A stretch of 62,899 nucleotides of DNA, filler included, from Sphacelaria rigidula (Eukaryota): NCBI GenBank assembly GCA_964200075.2. It is 7 parts of 7 records of this genome, joined end to end, with 100 filler letters (N's around TTAATTAATTAA, not from the genome) between each part and the next. Parts side by side here need not be neighbours in the genome. Positions count along the whole stretch, not along the records: positions 45,003 to 53,901 come from CAXNAA020009802.1; positions 54,002 to 62,899 come from CAXNAA020009803.1; 5 more parts are not named here. The stretch is one strand, 5' to 3'. Below are positions 52,500 to 62,899 of the stretch, one piece after another. A program made the position numbers and the translations under genes. Within the stretch, counting starts at the first letter, position 1. The number at the start of each line of letters is the position of its first letter. The notes beneath the pieces were generated by a model. The model did no database searches. It saw only the letters and a list, made by a program, of their open reading frames with translations, and had not been told where the DNA came from.

Positions 52500-53901
52500 A
52501 GGGAGAGAGGGGGGGGGGGGCGTACTCAATTGTTGCTTGCCTTAGTCGTTTGACCATTGACCACGGATTCCTTTCGGGAGGGATCACAGTTCCCACTCCC
52601 GCCAGAGGCAGCTACAAAATTCGGACGCTTATTACGCTTCTTGCATACATTTCACGAGAAGATTTTTCACATGTTGTTACCATCCTGCTTCGATCCTATG
52701 GTCACCATCTATCTCCTAGTATGGCCACCATTTTCTCCCTTTTGTCCAATAAATCAAACGATTTCATGCCACCTTCGTTCGCGTCCCGCATTTCACCCTC
52801 TAACACGTCCCGTTCCCCCTTGTTTAGTTCAATTTTGCCACTGTATGAGTTCTACTCGCTATTGCTTTGCCACAGGGGCATTTCTGTGTATTTACATCCC
52901 CGTCCTATCGACTATGGGTATATCTCTTCCTTTTTTCTGGCGGGTACAGGTCCCTCACCCGAAATCGCAGTTTCATTTGTTTTGCGGAGCCCATTGCGCC
53001 GTGCAGATATATTTTCATCTCTATCCTCTTTCTCAACCCCTCGTATATCTTCAGGTGTTCTTCCTCGTCTACTTCGCGTCTTAACGTTTCTTTTCCCGTT
53101 ACTTCTATCATGTCTCTTACTTTTGTCGTGTACCCGCCGCATTCACCTGCGGGCATTGTCTCATCATGGTTTCCTCCTATCTCCTTCCACACTTTCTCGA
53201 CTACTCTATCCCACCTTATTCCAGTCTGCCCTTTCTCCTTTTCGTCGGTTTCTTCCATACAGTCCTATCAACTATGGCTGGCAATCTTTTCCTTGGCATG
53301 CTCCACACTCTATATTGTCACTTCAACTTTCTCATTTCTTTGTTGGTTCGTGTTGGTTCCAAGTAGGTGCATTTCCAATTCTGCTGTCACAAATGCAGTA
53401 CTTGTCGTTATCGAGCATCCGAGTACTTTCTGAGCTGCTATCATTTGTTCTGTTTCCAGCTGCTGCACCAACTTCGCGTTCCCCTGCTGTACTTCTCCCG
53501 CATATTTTACCTTTGGTCTGATCACATTGACAGAATACATCTCTTGATCCTAGTATCTAGGTGCGAATCTCGTAGGATCACGTCCATCTTGCCTATATGT
53601 GCCTCACCCTTTCCTATTAGGTTTTCCATGTGTGCATCCCAAGAACACTTATTTTTCATCATATATCTACGCGAAGGTATGTGCACTGGTCTACCATCGG
53701 CATTCCTTTTTTCTCAACTTCCACTTGAACTCTATCGGGTTTTCCTTACCTTCGTTACACTCAATTTCCGCGCATTTGTTTACGTTCGCTGTCACTCTTC
53801 ATTTCGTAGTGTATTCCAGCACCATCTCTTTTTTCGTTTCTTCAGTATTTCTGTTGTTTCTGGTATCCCTACGAAATCATCCGCGAACATGGAGGGGGGG
53901 G
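52500..53901 (-). mobile_element. Degenerate LINE 3' part, in the GH47 intron; same family as 45070-47730
   Basis: VIRPKVKYAGEV...QLETEQMIAAQKVLGCS and WDRVVEKVWK match the plus-strand copy, and the 3' tail is the same. Confidence 0.85.
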
Positions 53902-54001
53902 NNNNNNNNNNNNNNNNNNNNNNNNNNNNNNNNNNNNNNNNNNNNTTAATTAATTAANNNNNNNNNNNNNNNNNNNNNNNNNNNNNNNNNNNNNNNNNNN
54001 N
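53902..54001. other. Artificial contig linker
   Basis: N44-TTAATTAATTAA-N44. Confidence 0.98.
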
Positions 54002-54084
54002 GCTTTGTAGTGATGCGAGGTCAATGGTCTGATGACTATGGCATGCATGATCATGAGTACACCCCCACCCCCTCCCAATGTGTG

Positions 54085-54345
54085 CATATATATCAGACAG
54101 AAGGGAGGAGAAGATGGCTATACTAGGAGATAGATGATGGCCAGAAATAGGGAAACAGGACGGGGATAGGATACGTGAATGTTTTTGTGTAGTGTATGGA
54201 AGAAACGTAATGAGCGCCGGAATGTCGAAGGTGTCTCTATTAGAGGTAGGACCAGTGCTCCGTCTCGAAAGGGATGCGTGGTCAATGGACAAACGACCAA
54301 ATCAAGCAACAAATGACAACGCCCCCCCCCCCCCCGCCCCCCCCC
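54085..54345 (+). mobile_element. 5'-truncated LINE 3' end
   Basis: GCTATACTAGGAGATAG...CGTCTCGAAAGGGATGCGTGGTCAATGG...AAGCAACAAATGA + poly-C. Confidence 0.85.
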
Positions 54346-54449
54346 TCGTCGTGGGATGACTCGACCGCTGACAACAAACGCGAGCACACACCAACACCGT
54401 TCTAGGTTCGTATAAATAACGGCGTCGGTGTAATAAATGGTGCCATCCA

Positions 54450-57400
54450 TCACGTTTCGGACCCCGGGGGATACGCACTGGACACTCCTAGCTCAAACTT
54501 CACGTTCGGATCCTTCCTTGCCTCTTCAAAAGCCACATCATCAAGTTCGCCCAGATGTCCAGGTACCACTATCGGCGAACTGCAGGTCCGCCCCCTACTT
54601 TCACCATCACTGCTGACGAAGCCACGACCACCACGCGCGCTTGTCCAACGACTCGAAGAGTCAGCAAACTCACGACACTCGCTCATCTCATCGCTACTGT
54701 GAGTGGGAGAAGGGACTGCCACCTCTACCTTCATTCCTGCTCCTGCTTTTGTCCCAAAAGTCACCTTTTCACCTGTCGTCGAAAGTGGGCATCCCGAGAG
54801 CAACGGCGTTCTTACACCGGCATTGCGGCGCCCACCAACAAAGTCGTTTGCAACAGGGCCCGAGAATGCCGCGCGCGTGCGTTTCGTTCCTCGTGAATCA
54901 GCAACGCTTTCTCCACTGGTCTCCGTCGGGCCACGGCCGGGGGCGCCCTCCCCAGTGTTGAGCTTCGCGGTATCAGATATCGCAGCTGTGTTGCGTGCAC
55001 TAGCGTGTTCTCGGCAATACGTCGCCTCATCAACGGTGTGCTCCTTGTGGATAGCCCATTTACAGCACCCCACTTCCACTTCACCGCATCGTTTGCTCCC
55101 CATATTCACCATTACCGCCCTGGGATGCTCAGAGCCGAACTCTGCCTTTGCGCTGCCCGCAACACCGTACGAACGCCTGGTGGAGCACCCCTCGTTGTTG
55201 TAGTTCGTGTTCACCACACCCACAATTTCCATCCTGGCATGCTTGGAGCAGACGTCCGCCTTGTTGCTTCCCACTGAGGCATATGACGCCTGAGTGGAGC
55301 AGCCCTCATAGCCGCACATCTCGTTTACAACACTCACCATTCCCGCCCTGGTATGCTCGAGGCAGAACTTCCCCTTCTTGCTTCCAGCTACTCCGTAAGA
55401 CGCCTTAGTAGAGCAGCCTTTGCAGCCGCCCTTCTTGTTTTTCACGTCCACCATCCCCTCAATGGCATGCTTGGAGCAGAACTCCGCCTTCTTGCTTCCC
55501 ACTACACCAAAAGAGGGACACTTTGAGCAGCCCTCATGGCCGCACATACCAACTCGGACATTCACCATTCCCGCCATGGCATGCTTGGAGCAAAACTCCA
55601 CCTTCTTGCTTCCAGCTACTCCATAAGACGCCTGAGTCGAGCAGCCCTCATGGCCGCACATACCAACTCGGACATTCACCATGTCCGCCATGGCATGCTT
55701 GAAGCAGAACTCTGCCTTCTTGCTTCCCGCTACACCAAAAGAGGGACACTTTGAGCAGCCCTCATGGCCGCACACACCAACTCGGACATTCACCATTCCC
55801 GCAATGGCATGCTTGGAGCAGAACTCCGCCTTCTTGCTTCCCGCTACACCGCGAGACGCCAGAATCAAGCAGCCCTCGTAGCCGCACATACCACCTCGGA
55901 CATGCACCATCCCCGCCATGGCGTGCTTGGAACAAAACTCCGCTTTCTTGCTTCCGATAATACCAAAAGACGCCTGAATGAAGCAGCCCTTGAAGCCGCA
56001 CTTCTTGCTCACCAAATTCACCATCCCCCCCATGGCGTGCTTGGAGCAGAACTCCGCTTTCTTGCTTCCCACTACACCGCAAGACGCCTGAGTCGAGCAG
56101 CCCTCGTAGCCGCACCTCTTGTTAACAACATTCACCATCCCCGCCCTGGCATGCTTGGAGCAGAACTCCGCCTTCTTGCTTCCCATTACACCGAGAGACG
56201 CCTGAATCGAGCAGCCCTCGTAGCCACACATACTAACTCGGACATTCACCATCCCCGTCATGGCATGCTTGGAGCAAAACTCCGCTCTCTTGCTTCCCGC
56301 TACACCAAAAGACGCCTGAATGACGCAGCCCTCGAAGCCGCACGGATTAACTCGGACATTCACCATTCCTGTTATGGCATGCTTGGAGCAGAACTCCGCC
56401 TTCTTGCTCCCCGCTACACCGAAAGACGGATGTTTCGAGCAGCCCTCGTAGCCACACACACTAACTCGGACATTCACCATCCCCGCCATGGCATGCTTGG
56501 AGCAAACCTCCGGTCTCTTGCTTCCCACTACACCAAAAGACGCCTGAAGGGAGCAGCCCTCGAAGCCGCACTTCTTGTTCCCAAGATTCACCATTCCTGT
56601 CCTGGCATGCTCGAAGCAGAATTCCGCCTTCTTGCTGCTCACCAAACCATATGACGCCCGAGTCGAGCAGCCCTCGTTGCAGCACTTTATCCTTACCGCA
56701 TTCACCGTTCCCGCCATGGCATGCTTGGAGCAGAACTCCGCCTTCTTGTTTCCCATTACACTGAAAGAGGGACACTTTGAGCAGCCCTCGTAACCGCACT
56801 TCTTGCTTCTCACGTCTACCATCCCGGCCCTGGCATGCTCACGGCAAAACTCCGCTTTCTTGCTCCCCGCTACACCAAAAGACGGACGTTTCGAGCAGCC
56901 CTCGTAGCCGCACATACCAAGTCGGACATTCACCATCCCCGCCAGGGCATGCTTGGAACAAAACTCCGCTTTCTTACTTCCGATAATACCAAAAGACGCC
57001 TGAATGAAGCAACCCTCGAAGCCGCACTTCTTGCTCACCAAATTCACCATCCCCCCCATGGCGTGCTTGGAGCAGAACTCCGCTTTCTTGCTTCCCACTA
57101 CACCGCAAGACGCCTGAGTCGAGCAGCCCTCGTAGCCGCACCTCTTGTTAACAACATTCACCATCCCCGCCCTGGCATGCTTGGAGCAGAACTCCGCCTT
57201 CTTGCTTCCCATTACACCGAGAGACGCCTGAATCGAGCAGCCCTCGTAGCCACACATACTAACTCGGACATTCACCATCCCCGTCATGGCATGCTTGGAG
57301 CAAAACTCCGCTCTCTTGCTTCCCGCTACACCAAAAGACGCCTGAGTGGAGCAGCCCTCGTAGACGCACCTCTTGTTCCCAAGATTCACCATTCCTGTCC

Positions 57401-57743
57401 TGGCATGCTTGAAGCAGAACTCCGCCTTCTTGCTGCCCACCAAACCATAAGACGCCTGAAGGGAGCAGCCCTCGTAGCCGCATCTCTTTTTCACAACATT
57501 CACCATCCCTGCCGTGGCATGCTTGGAGCAGAACTCCGCCTTCTTGCTTCCGTCTACACCATGAGACGGCTTCGTGAAGCAACCCTCGTAGCAGCATTTT
57601 ATCCTTACCACATCCATGGCTCCCACCATGGCACGCTTGGAGCAGAACTCCGCTCCCTTACTTTCCATCACACCAAACGACGGATACTTCGGGCGGCCCT
57701 CGTCGTCACACCCCTTGTTCGCAACATTCAACATTCCCGCCAT
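54450..57743 (-). CDS. EsV-1-7 cysteine-rich repeat protein, 1097 aa: 23 tandem 38-aa C-x4-C-x16-C-x2-H repeats, one divergent repeat, and a low-complexity tail
   Basis: Uninterrupted ORF with a 114-bp period and consensus CGYEGCSxQASFGVAGSKKAEFCSKHAMAGMVNVxxKx, which is typical of the EsV-1-7 family of brown algae and their viruses. Confidence 0.92.
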   Translation of the reverse strand: MAGMLNVANKGCDDEGRPKYPSFGVMESKGAEFCSKRAMVGAMDVVRIKCCYEGCFTKPSHGVDGSKKAEFCSKHATAGMVNVVKKRCGYEGCSLQASYGLVGSKKAEFCFKHARTGMVNLGNKRCVYEGCSTQASFGVAGSKRAEFCSKHAMTGMVNVRVSMCGYEGCSIQASLGVMGSKKAEFCSKHARAGMVNVVNKRCGYEGCSTQASCGVVGSKKAEFCSKHAMGGMVNLVSKKCGFEGCFIQASFGIIGSKKAEFCSKHALAGMVNVRLGMCGYEGCSKRPSFGVAGSKKAEFCREHARAGMVDVRSKKCGYEGCSKCPSFSVMGNKKAEFCSKHAMAGTVNAVRIKCCNEGCSTRASYGLVSSKKAEFCFEHARTGMVNLGNKKCGFEGCSLQASFGVVGSKRPEVCSKHAMAGMVNVRVSVCGYEGCSKHPSFGVAGSKKAEFCSKHAITGMVNVRVNPCGFEGCVIQASFGVAGSKRAEFCSKHAMTGMVNVRVSMCGYEGCSIQASLGVMGSKKAEFCSKHARAGMVNVVNKRCGYEGCSTQASCGVVGSKKAEFCSKHAMGGMVNLVSKKCGFKGCFIQASFGIIGSKKAEFCSKHAMAGMVHVRGGMCGYEGCLILASRGVAGSKKAEFCSKHAIAGMVNVRVGVCGHEGCSKCPSFGVAGSKKAEFCFKHAMADMVNVRVGMCGHEGCSTQASYGVAGSKKVEFCSKHAMAGMVNVRVGMCGHEGCSKCPSFGVVGSKKAEFCSKHAIEGMVDVKNKKGGCKGCSTKASYGVAGSKKGKFCLEHTRAGMVSVVNEMCGYEGCSTQASYASVGSNKADVCSKHARMEIVGVVNTNYNNEGCSTRRSYGVAGSAKAEFGSEHPRAVMVNMGSKRCGEVEVGCCKWAIHKEHTVDEATYCREHASARNTAAISDTAKLNTGEGAPGRGPTETSGESVADSRGTKRTRAAFSGPVANDFVGGRRNAGVRTPLLSGCPLSTTGEKVTFGTKAGAGMKVEVAVPSPTHSSDEMSECREFADSSSRWTSARGGRGFVSSDGESRGRTCSSPIVVPGHLGELDDVAFEEARKDPNVKFELGVSSAYPPGSET

Positions 57744-58273
57744 GGTACGCTCAAAGCAGAACTCCGCCTTCTATCTTCAAGCTAGAGTGCTCACACGGCA
57801 TTCTTGCTTTCCATTACACCAAAAGAAAGATGCTCTGAGCAGCCCTTGTGTCCACACTTCTTGTTCGCAACGTTTACTATCCCCGCCCTGGCGTGCTCAG
57901 AGCAGAACTCCGCCTTCTTGCTTCCAGCTACTCTTTCAGATGGTCTCTTGGAGCAGCTCTCGTCAACGCACTTGTTCTTCACATTCACCTCTCTCGCCGT
58001 GGCATGTTAGGAGCAGAAGTCCGCCGTGTAGCCCTGTGCACCGTTATGTAAGGGCTCGGACCAGCCCGTGGTTATGCAACTTTCCTCTTCGACGCCGGCT
58101 GTCAGGTCCTTCGCGTCGTGCTTCTTCGAAGACTCCCTGTTCACGGTAGCACAAATGCCAAAAAGGCGGAACGTCTGCTGTGAATCATGCGTGAAAGCGA
58201 GTTGGCACGCTTTCCAGAATAATCTGCACTCTTTTTGGGATACCCTCTCCCGAGAAGAAGACGTTGCCTGCAT
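57744..58273 (-). pseudogene. Disrupted 5' part of the EsV-1-7 gene (N-terminus plus about 3 more repeats)
   Basis: ATG at 58273. An in-frame TAA at 58007-58009 replaces K in FCS[K]HA, and a 32-bp insertion at ~57770-57801 lies inside SKKAEFC. Confidence 0.75.
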
Positions 58274-59354
58274 TTAACTCAGACGACGCTACATGTAAGC
58301 TGACCCTAACAATTGCAGCACCACTTGCAAGAGAGTTCAAGCGAACGGGACATCCTGTACACTATTGCAGTTGGGACCGAAGGCGAATGAAGCGCTACCG
58401 CAGTACAAAAGCAGGGTAATTATGCAGCGGAAAACATGCCGAGGCACAATACCACCACAAAAACCTGCCCGAACTTGAACATGGACGAGACGGTGGATTC
58501 GAATCGAAAGTTATCACAACTACAACATCTGCTGTCATCGTTTCGACGCACACTCCGTCTACACAATGATGTATGATGGATATGTTTCAGCTATCCTAGC
58601 GTATACTAAAAGCTATCCTGGACACACACTATACGTTCTGTTGGGGGTATCAGCAGAGTACGGTAGATCGAAGGCCCGGATCACCGCACCATGATTGGCG
58701 CCTTGACTGTACTGGTAAAGTAGGGCTACTTTTAGTTGTCTAGCGGATCGGAAATATGACAAATAAGGCAAGTAATTTTGACTGCACTATGGTGGGATTC
58801 CCACTGTCAAGAATTAATACAGAGGAAGTCTATCGAAGAACGGGAAAGGATCACTTCGGCCATTTTCAGAAAAGAAATTGTTATTCTCGATGGGATTAAT
58901 GAATGATCAAACTTACCTGCACAGAGCACGTCCTTTTCACAGTCACCCATGAGGGAGAGTATATTAACACACCACGACGCGCTCGCCGGCATGACATGGA
59001 AGTAATTTCAACTGTCGCTTTGAGGAGGGTGCATGCAACACCAAACCAAAGTCCCCCAACGCAAGTAATGTGCGACGTGATAGCATGTGCGATGTGATAG
59101 CATGTGCGATGTGAGTAGATGGAAAACGTCACAGTTCAATCATGAGAAATGTAAGACACTTGCACATAAAATCCGCATCTAAGTTGCGTCTAGTGTTCAC
59201 CACCGACGTTGCATAAAGTGACTGTACTGTTGAGCACACCCACTATGCATTACCACGCCGTGCTGGTCACAAGGAGCAACACATGCCGCCTGTTCGGCAA
59301 GTGCGAGACCGAAGGCCGCGTATCAATCACCTCGACGCATTGCAGTATTGATGG

Positions 59355-60928
59355 CAGGGTTGCATATCGGACCGAGAATAAAGTTCGATAGATATTTTTA
59401 GAATATCGAACCACAACCGTCGATACCGATATTTTTGTCGATATTCCGCAAAAGACACGATACGTATCGGGTATCGATATTCGATACGATACGGCTGTTT
59501 TGGTATGGCCGCAGTGTACAAGACCGAGCAGTACACTGGCACACTGGCACCTTCACTCACTGTTGTAGATCGCTTGAAATACCACATCCCCTGGAAGGAT
59601 TTTCAAAGCTCACCTATTCCTCACCAGAAGCTGAACTGGGCGGCGTTGCAACCATCTCTTCGAGATAAAGTAATCGAGCTTTCAAAATCGCTCCTGAGGG
59701 TGTGGTATCTCAAGCAACCCACGGTAGTCTCCAGTGTACAGCAGTGCACACATGATGTACAGCAGTGCACACATGATGTACAGCAGCGGGTAGTGTGCAA
59801 ATTGACGTCATAGCAGCGGCGACATGCTGTGATACAGCTGTCTTGCGAGTATCTTTCGTCGTCGTGCAAGAGGTGGTTGATCACAGCGGGCCGGGTGTGG
59901 TATTGGTTATAATGTTTTCATTTCTACCGTCACTATTCCGTGTGTTTCGATCGGATGAGCGCATGCTTCGACTCTGCACATTCATTACAGAAGGAAAGGG
60001 TGTCAAACCTCGAACATGCACAAACTCCTATGCGAGCTCTTTTTTCCAACGTTTTTCACTACCAGTAACAGGAAACGTCAACATGCGTCAATTTTTAATT
60101 TTTGGATTCCAAAAAATCCATGTTTGTATGTCACCAACCAAGGAGAACAACGACTAGGCTTGCAACAATTAGAATGCCCCGACTAATGGGTTAGACTTTT
60201 GGAGCCTACACAGGGATTAAACGCCTCCGGAGGGGTGCGCGGCCCTCCAGAGGACATTTTTTGGTTTCCTCCAGAGGGATTACAGGCCTCCGGAGGCTGA
60301 TTTTTGCCCCCGGAGGACTGCGCATACCCCCGAATTCCTTCGGGGGGGTGCCCATCCCTCCGGGTTGGTAGAGTTTGGTTTCCTCCAGAGGGATTGAAGG
60401 CCTCCGGAGGCTTGTTTCCCCCCTGTAGGTCCGCGCATCCCTCTGAAGGCATTTTGAGGTGTAGCCAAATGGCCGCGTGTGTGAAGGAAAGGCGAAGTGA
60501 CAGTATCATCTCCTCATACTCCGAAGGACAGCTATTTTTACTGTCATCTGAAGCTTTGCATTGATCGTGACCTCATATCTACTCCGCCACGCCACCCGTA
60601 TGTTGCCGTTGGTAAACACCCCCGCTGAATCATAGAGCTAAACCCACGAAGCAACAGCGGTTACTCTGTCGCCTCCTATCCTACGAATATGTACTGCATT
60701 CATTTGTACACCGTGCAACCGCTCTACAGCTATACTAGCAAGTGCAACCTGTGAACACTGCGGAAATTGAGCGAATGTGACGAAAAATAAACAAAAATAT
60801 CGAGCATATCGATATTCGATATTGATACATATCACATATATCGGTTTTCTACGCTCCGAAACTGATATGGTATATCACCGATATTTATCGAAATCGTATC
60901 GATTATCGATATCCGATGTGCAACCCTG
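59355..60928. mobile_element. Non-autonomous hAT-type DNA transposon, 1574 bp
   Basis: TIRs CAGGGTTGCATATCGGA / TCCGATGTGCAACCCTG, a perfect 8-bp TSD ATTGATGG (59347-59354 and 60929-60936), and CGATA-rich subterminal repeats at both ends. Confidence 0.92.
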
Positions 60929-62354
60929 ATTGATGGTCGGACGGGCGGCATCGCATTGGTCGCCTTTTCTGTTGACGCGTGCGCTCCCTTAATTTTACAA
61001 AGCAAGCGCGAGAAACAGACATGCTTGTTCCTGCCGCGTGAACAATCAACACTTTCGACAGATGAAAAATAACCCCCTGCTCCAGGTATCTGATATGAAG
61101 CACGTCACGTTTCCCTGGAACAAACGATCCGCCAACCTTTGGAAATAATGCCCGAGACTCGCAGGAAACCACACAGCATTGAAAAAGTTGCTGCAAACTC
61201 ACAGAATACCTGCAAACGTCAGAGAACGTCCTCAACTGGTATGTATCTGAGGATGTCCATATCTGTCTAGATTTTGTTCCGCTTCTTTGCTAGGAATGGA
61301 AAACGGGTATCCCGTGTGCTGGACAGCGATTCATCCGGCGGTTAGAAGCCAGTGATTTGTTTCCTGGTGAAGGAGGCGGTCAGTGTATCTGAAGAGAAAC
61401 ATATCGATATCTGCCGAATCTCATTGAGAGCACGCGCATACGTCGATCTCTAAAGAGAAACAGTGATCAAATATCTTCAGCTTTCTGTGGCAAGTGTGTA
61501 CTTACTTATATTCAAGAAGTACAGCCTGATGCCCGCCGGTCAGTTGTACAACAACAGAGAAATATTGTGGGAGTTGTGTGACCGGTTTGACAGAGAAAAC
61601 GGGGTCACCTAGCGTGTGCTGATAATGGCATGTTTTGGGATCTTCTTATCTTCGTCAAGCATACATAAATGAACATAAACACACAGATATCTCATAACGT
61701 TCAAAAAACGGTAATATGAACTGACAGATAGTCTGACAATACGTCTGACGAAGTCACTCTCAACTCGCGGAAATCTGAAAACGTTCCAAAGAGTTGTGCC
61801 GAAAGAAGAACATGCCTGCATTTGTTTGAAGGAGCCGTCTCTGGGTTCAACAGTTGTTCCACGTGTGCTGGGCCCAACCCTTCTAGGAAGACAGGTGTTG
61901 TGCCCATATCGGCCAAATATTTGTATCAGAGATAAGTCCTTCACGTGGGTCGCTTGCACTTGTTACGAACAAACAGATAGAAACTCACCGCGTGTCACAC
62001 CCGTATGTTTCGAAGTGGACACGTGTTCCGTGTACGCTCGGCAGATGCGTTCTGAAGTGAACCGATATTCCATGTATCGGTCATGTAAAAAACTAGTGCA
62101 TTCGTACGCATTCCAATTCGGGCATCCACGGCATAGTCTGTGCAGACATTCAAACAGTAGTATAACCATGTGCTGCAACTCACTGTCTGTACGGCGCGGT
62201 GCCTTTTCATATAAGCGCGTGCGAACACCGCAGTAGGGGTAGGGGGAGAGGGGGGGGATGCCCAGATTGTAGAGGATGCCGCAGTGCACGACACACGTCA
62301 CAAAAGTGGCGGATGCTCATAGTGAGGAACACATTTTCCCCCCCGCCTCGCCCC

Positions 62355-62575
62355 GGTGGTGTAATGGTATGACTGTTACCGCTATGATGGAGAGTATGTG
62401 AATTCGATTCCTGCCAGACCCCTGGTTATCATGTTCGAAGCATCTGACTTACACCGCAGAAAGCGTGAGTACGTGTGTGAACAAAAAGCAATTGATATGC
62501 GTTTGTTCGACGAGAGTTAACGCCATGCGGGAGTGCTTCACCAATTCACGACACTCAAAATGCAAGGCGTGTACC
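62355..62575 (+). mobile_element. tRNA-derived SINE, family D, truncated by repeat B
   Basis: TGGTGTAATGG A-box and AATTCGATTCC B-box-like motif; the body is homologous to 42440-42740. Confidence 0.65.
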
Positions 62576-62899
62576 GGGGGTTATATTCATGATCATGCAT
62601 GCCATAGTAATAAAATGATTGCCGGGACGGAGCACGCCGGGTTTTTGCCGGACCAGGCGCGCAGTCAATCACCAAGCGCTAAGTGCCGTGGTGTGTTCGG
62701 CTAGTCGCATGAAGGGTGAGCTGCATCCTGCTGAGATTATTCCTCCCGAGGCCTAGTGATTATCTTGCATTTCGATGACAGCCTACAATGAGTTGCTTCA
62801 GTTTCTGGTATCGCCCCTTCCAGAGACAGCCACGACTTACACATTGCCTCATGGGTGTCTCACCATTTAAACACTACGTGGTACGATCATCCCCATTGT

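Noticed and set aside
52148-53521. 457-aa plus-strand ORF
   Set aside because: It is the antisense shadow of a GH47 exon and a purine-rich LINE.
55764-57785. 296-aa and 316-aa plus-strand repetitive ORFs
   Set aside because: They are antisense frames of the EsV-1-7 repeats.
54450-58273. Endogenous phaeovirus (EsV-1) insertion
   Set aside because: There are no neighbouring viral genes, the flanks are host TEs, and EsV-1-7 repeats form a large host family.
62355-62420. tRNA gene
   Set aside because: A/B boxes are present but I cannot build a cloverleaf, and it continues into a repeated SINE body.

Overview
Eukaryotic, repeat-rich, gene-poor DNA, most consistent with a brown alga (Phaeophyceae): it has an EsV-1-7 repeat gene, short exons in long TE-filled introns, and LINE/SINE/MITE families. 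The window is not one locus. It is seven contigs of 8902, 8901, 8900, 8900, 8899, 8899 and 8898 bp, sorted by length and joined by 100-bp N44-TTAATTAATTAA-N44 linkers, so adjacency across linkers means nothing. Recognisable coding sequence: a long EsV-1-7 (C-x4-C-x16-C-x2-H) tandem-repeat ORF with a disrupted 5' extension; the last three exons of a GH47 alpha-1,2-mannosidase, with a probable GC-AG intron; exon 1 of SEC11; an expansin-like internal exon; a FERM-C-like terminal exon; and a short AP2/integrase-arm-like ORF. The rest is mostly degenerate LINEs, tRNA-headed SINEs, a hAT-type element with a perfect 8-bp TSD, foldback MITEs with 4-bp TSDs, a piggyBac-type MITE and ~41-43-bp tandem arrays. 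The best candidate for an undescribed system is the EsV-1-7 array, which has a fixed scaffold with localised variable residues, block duplications and a tail with NLS- and SUMO-like motifs. All family calls are motif recognition by eye; no searches were run.
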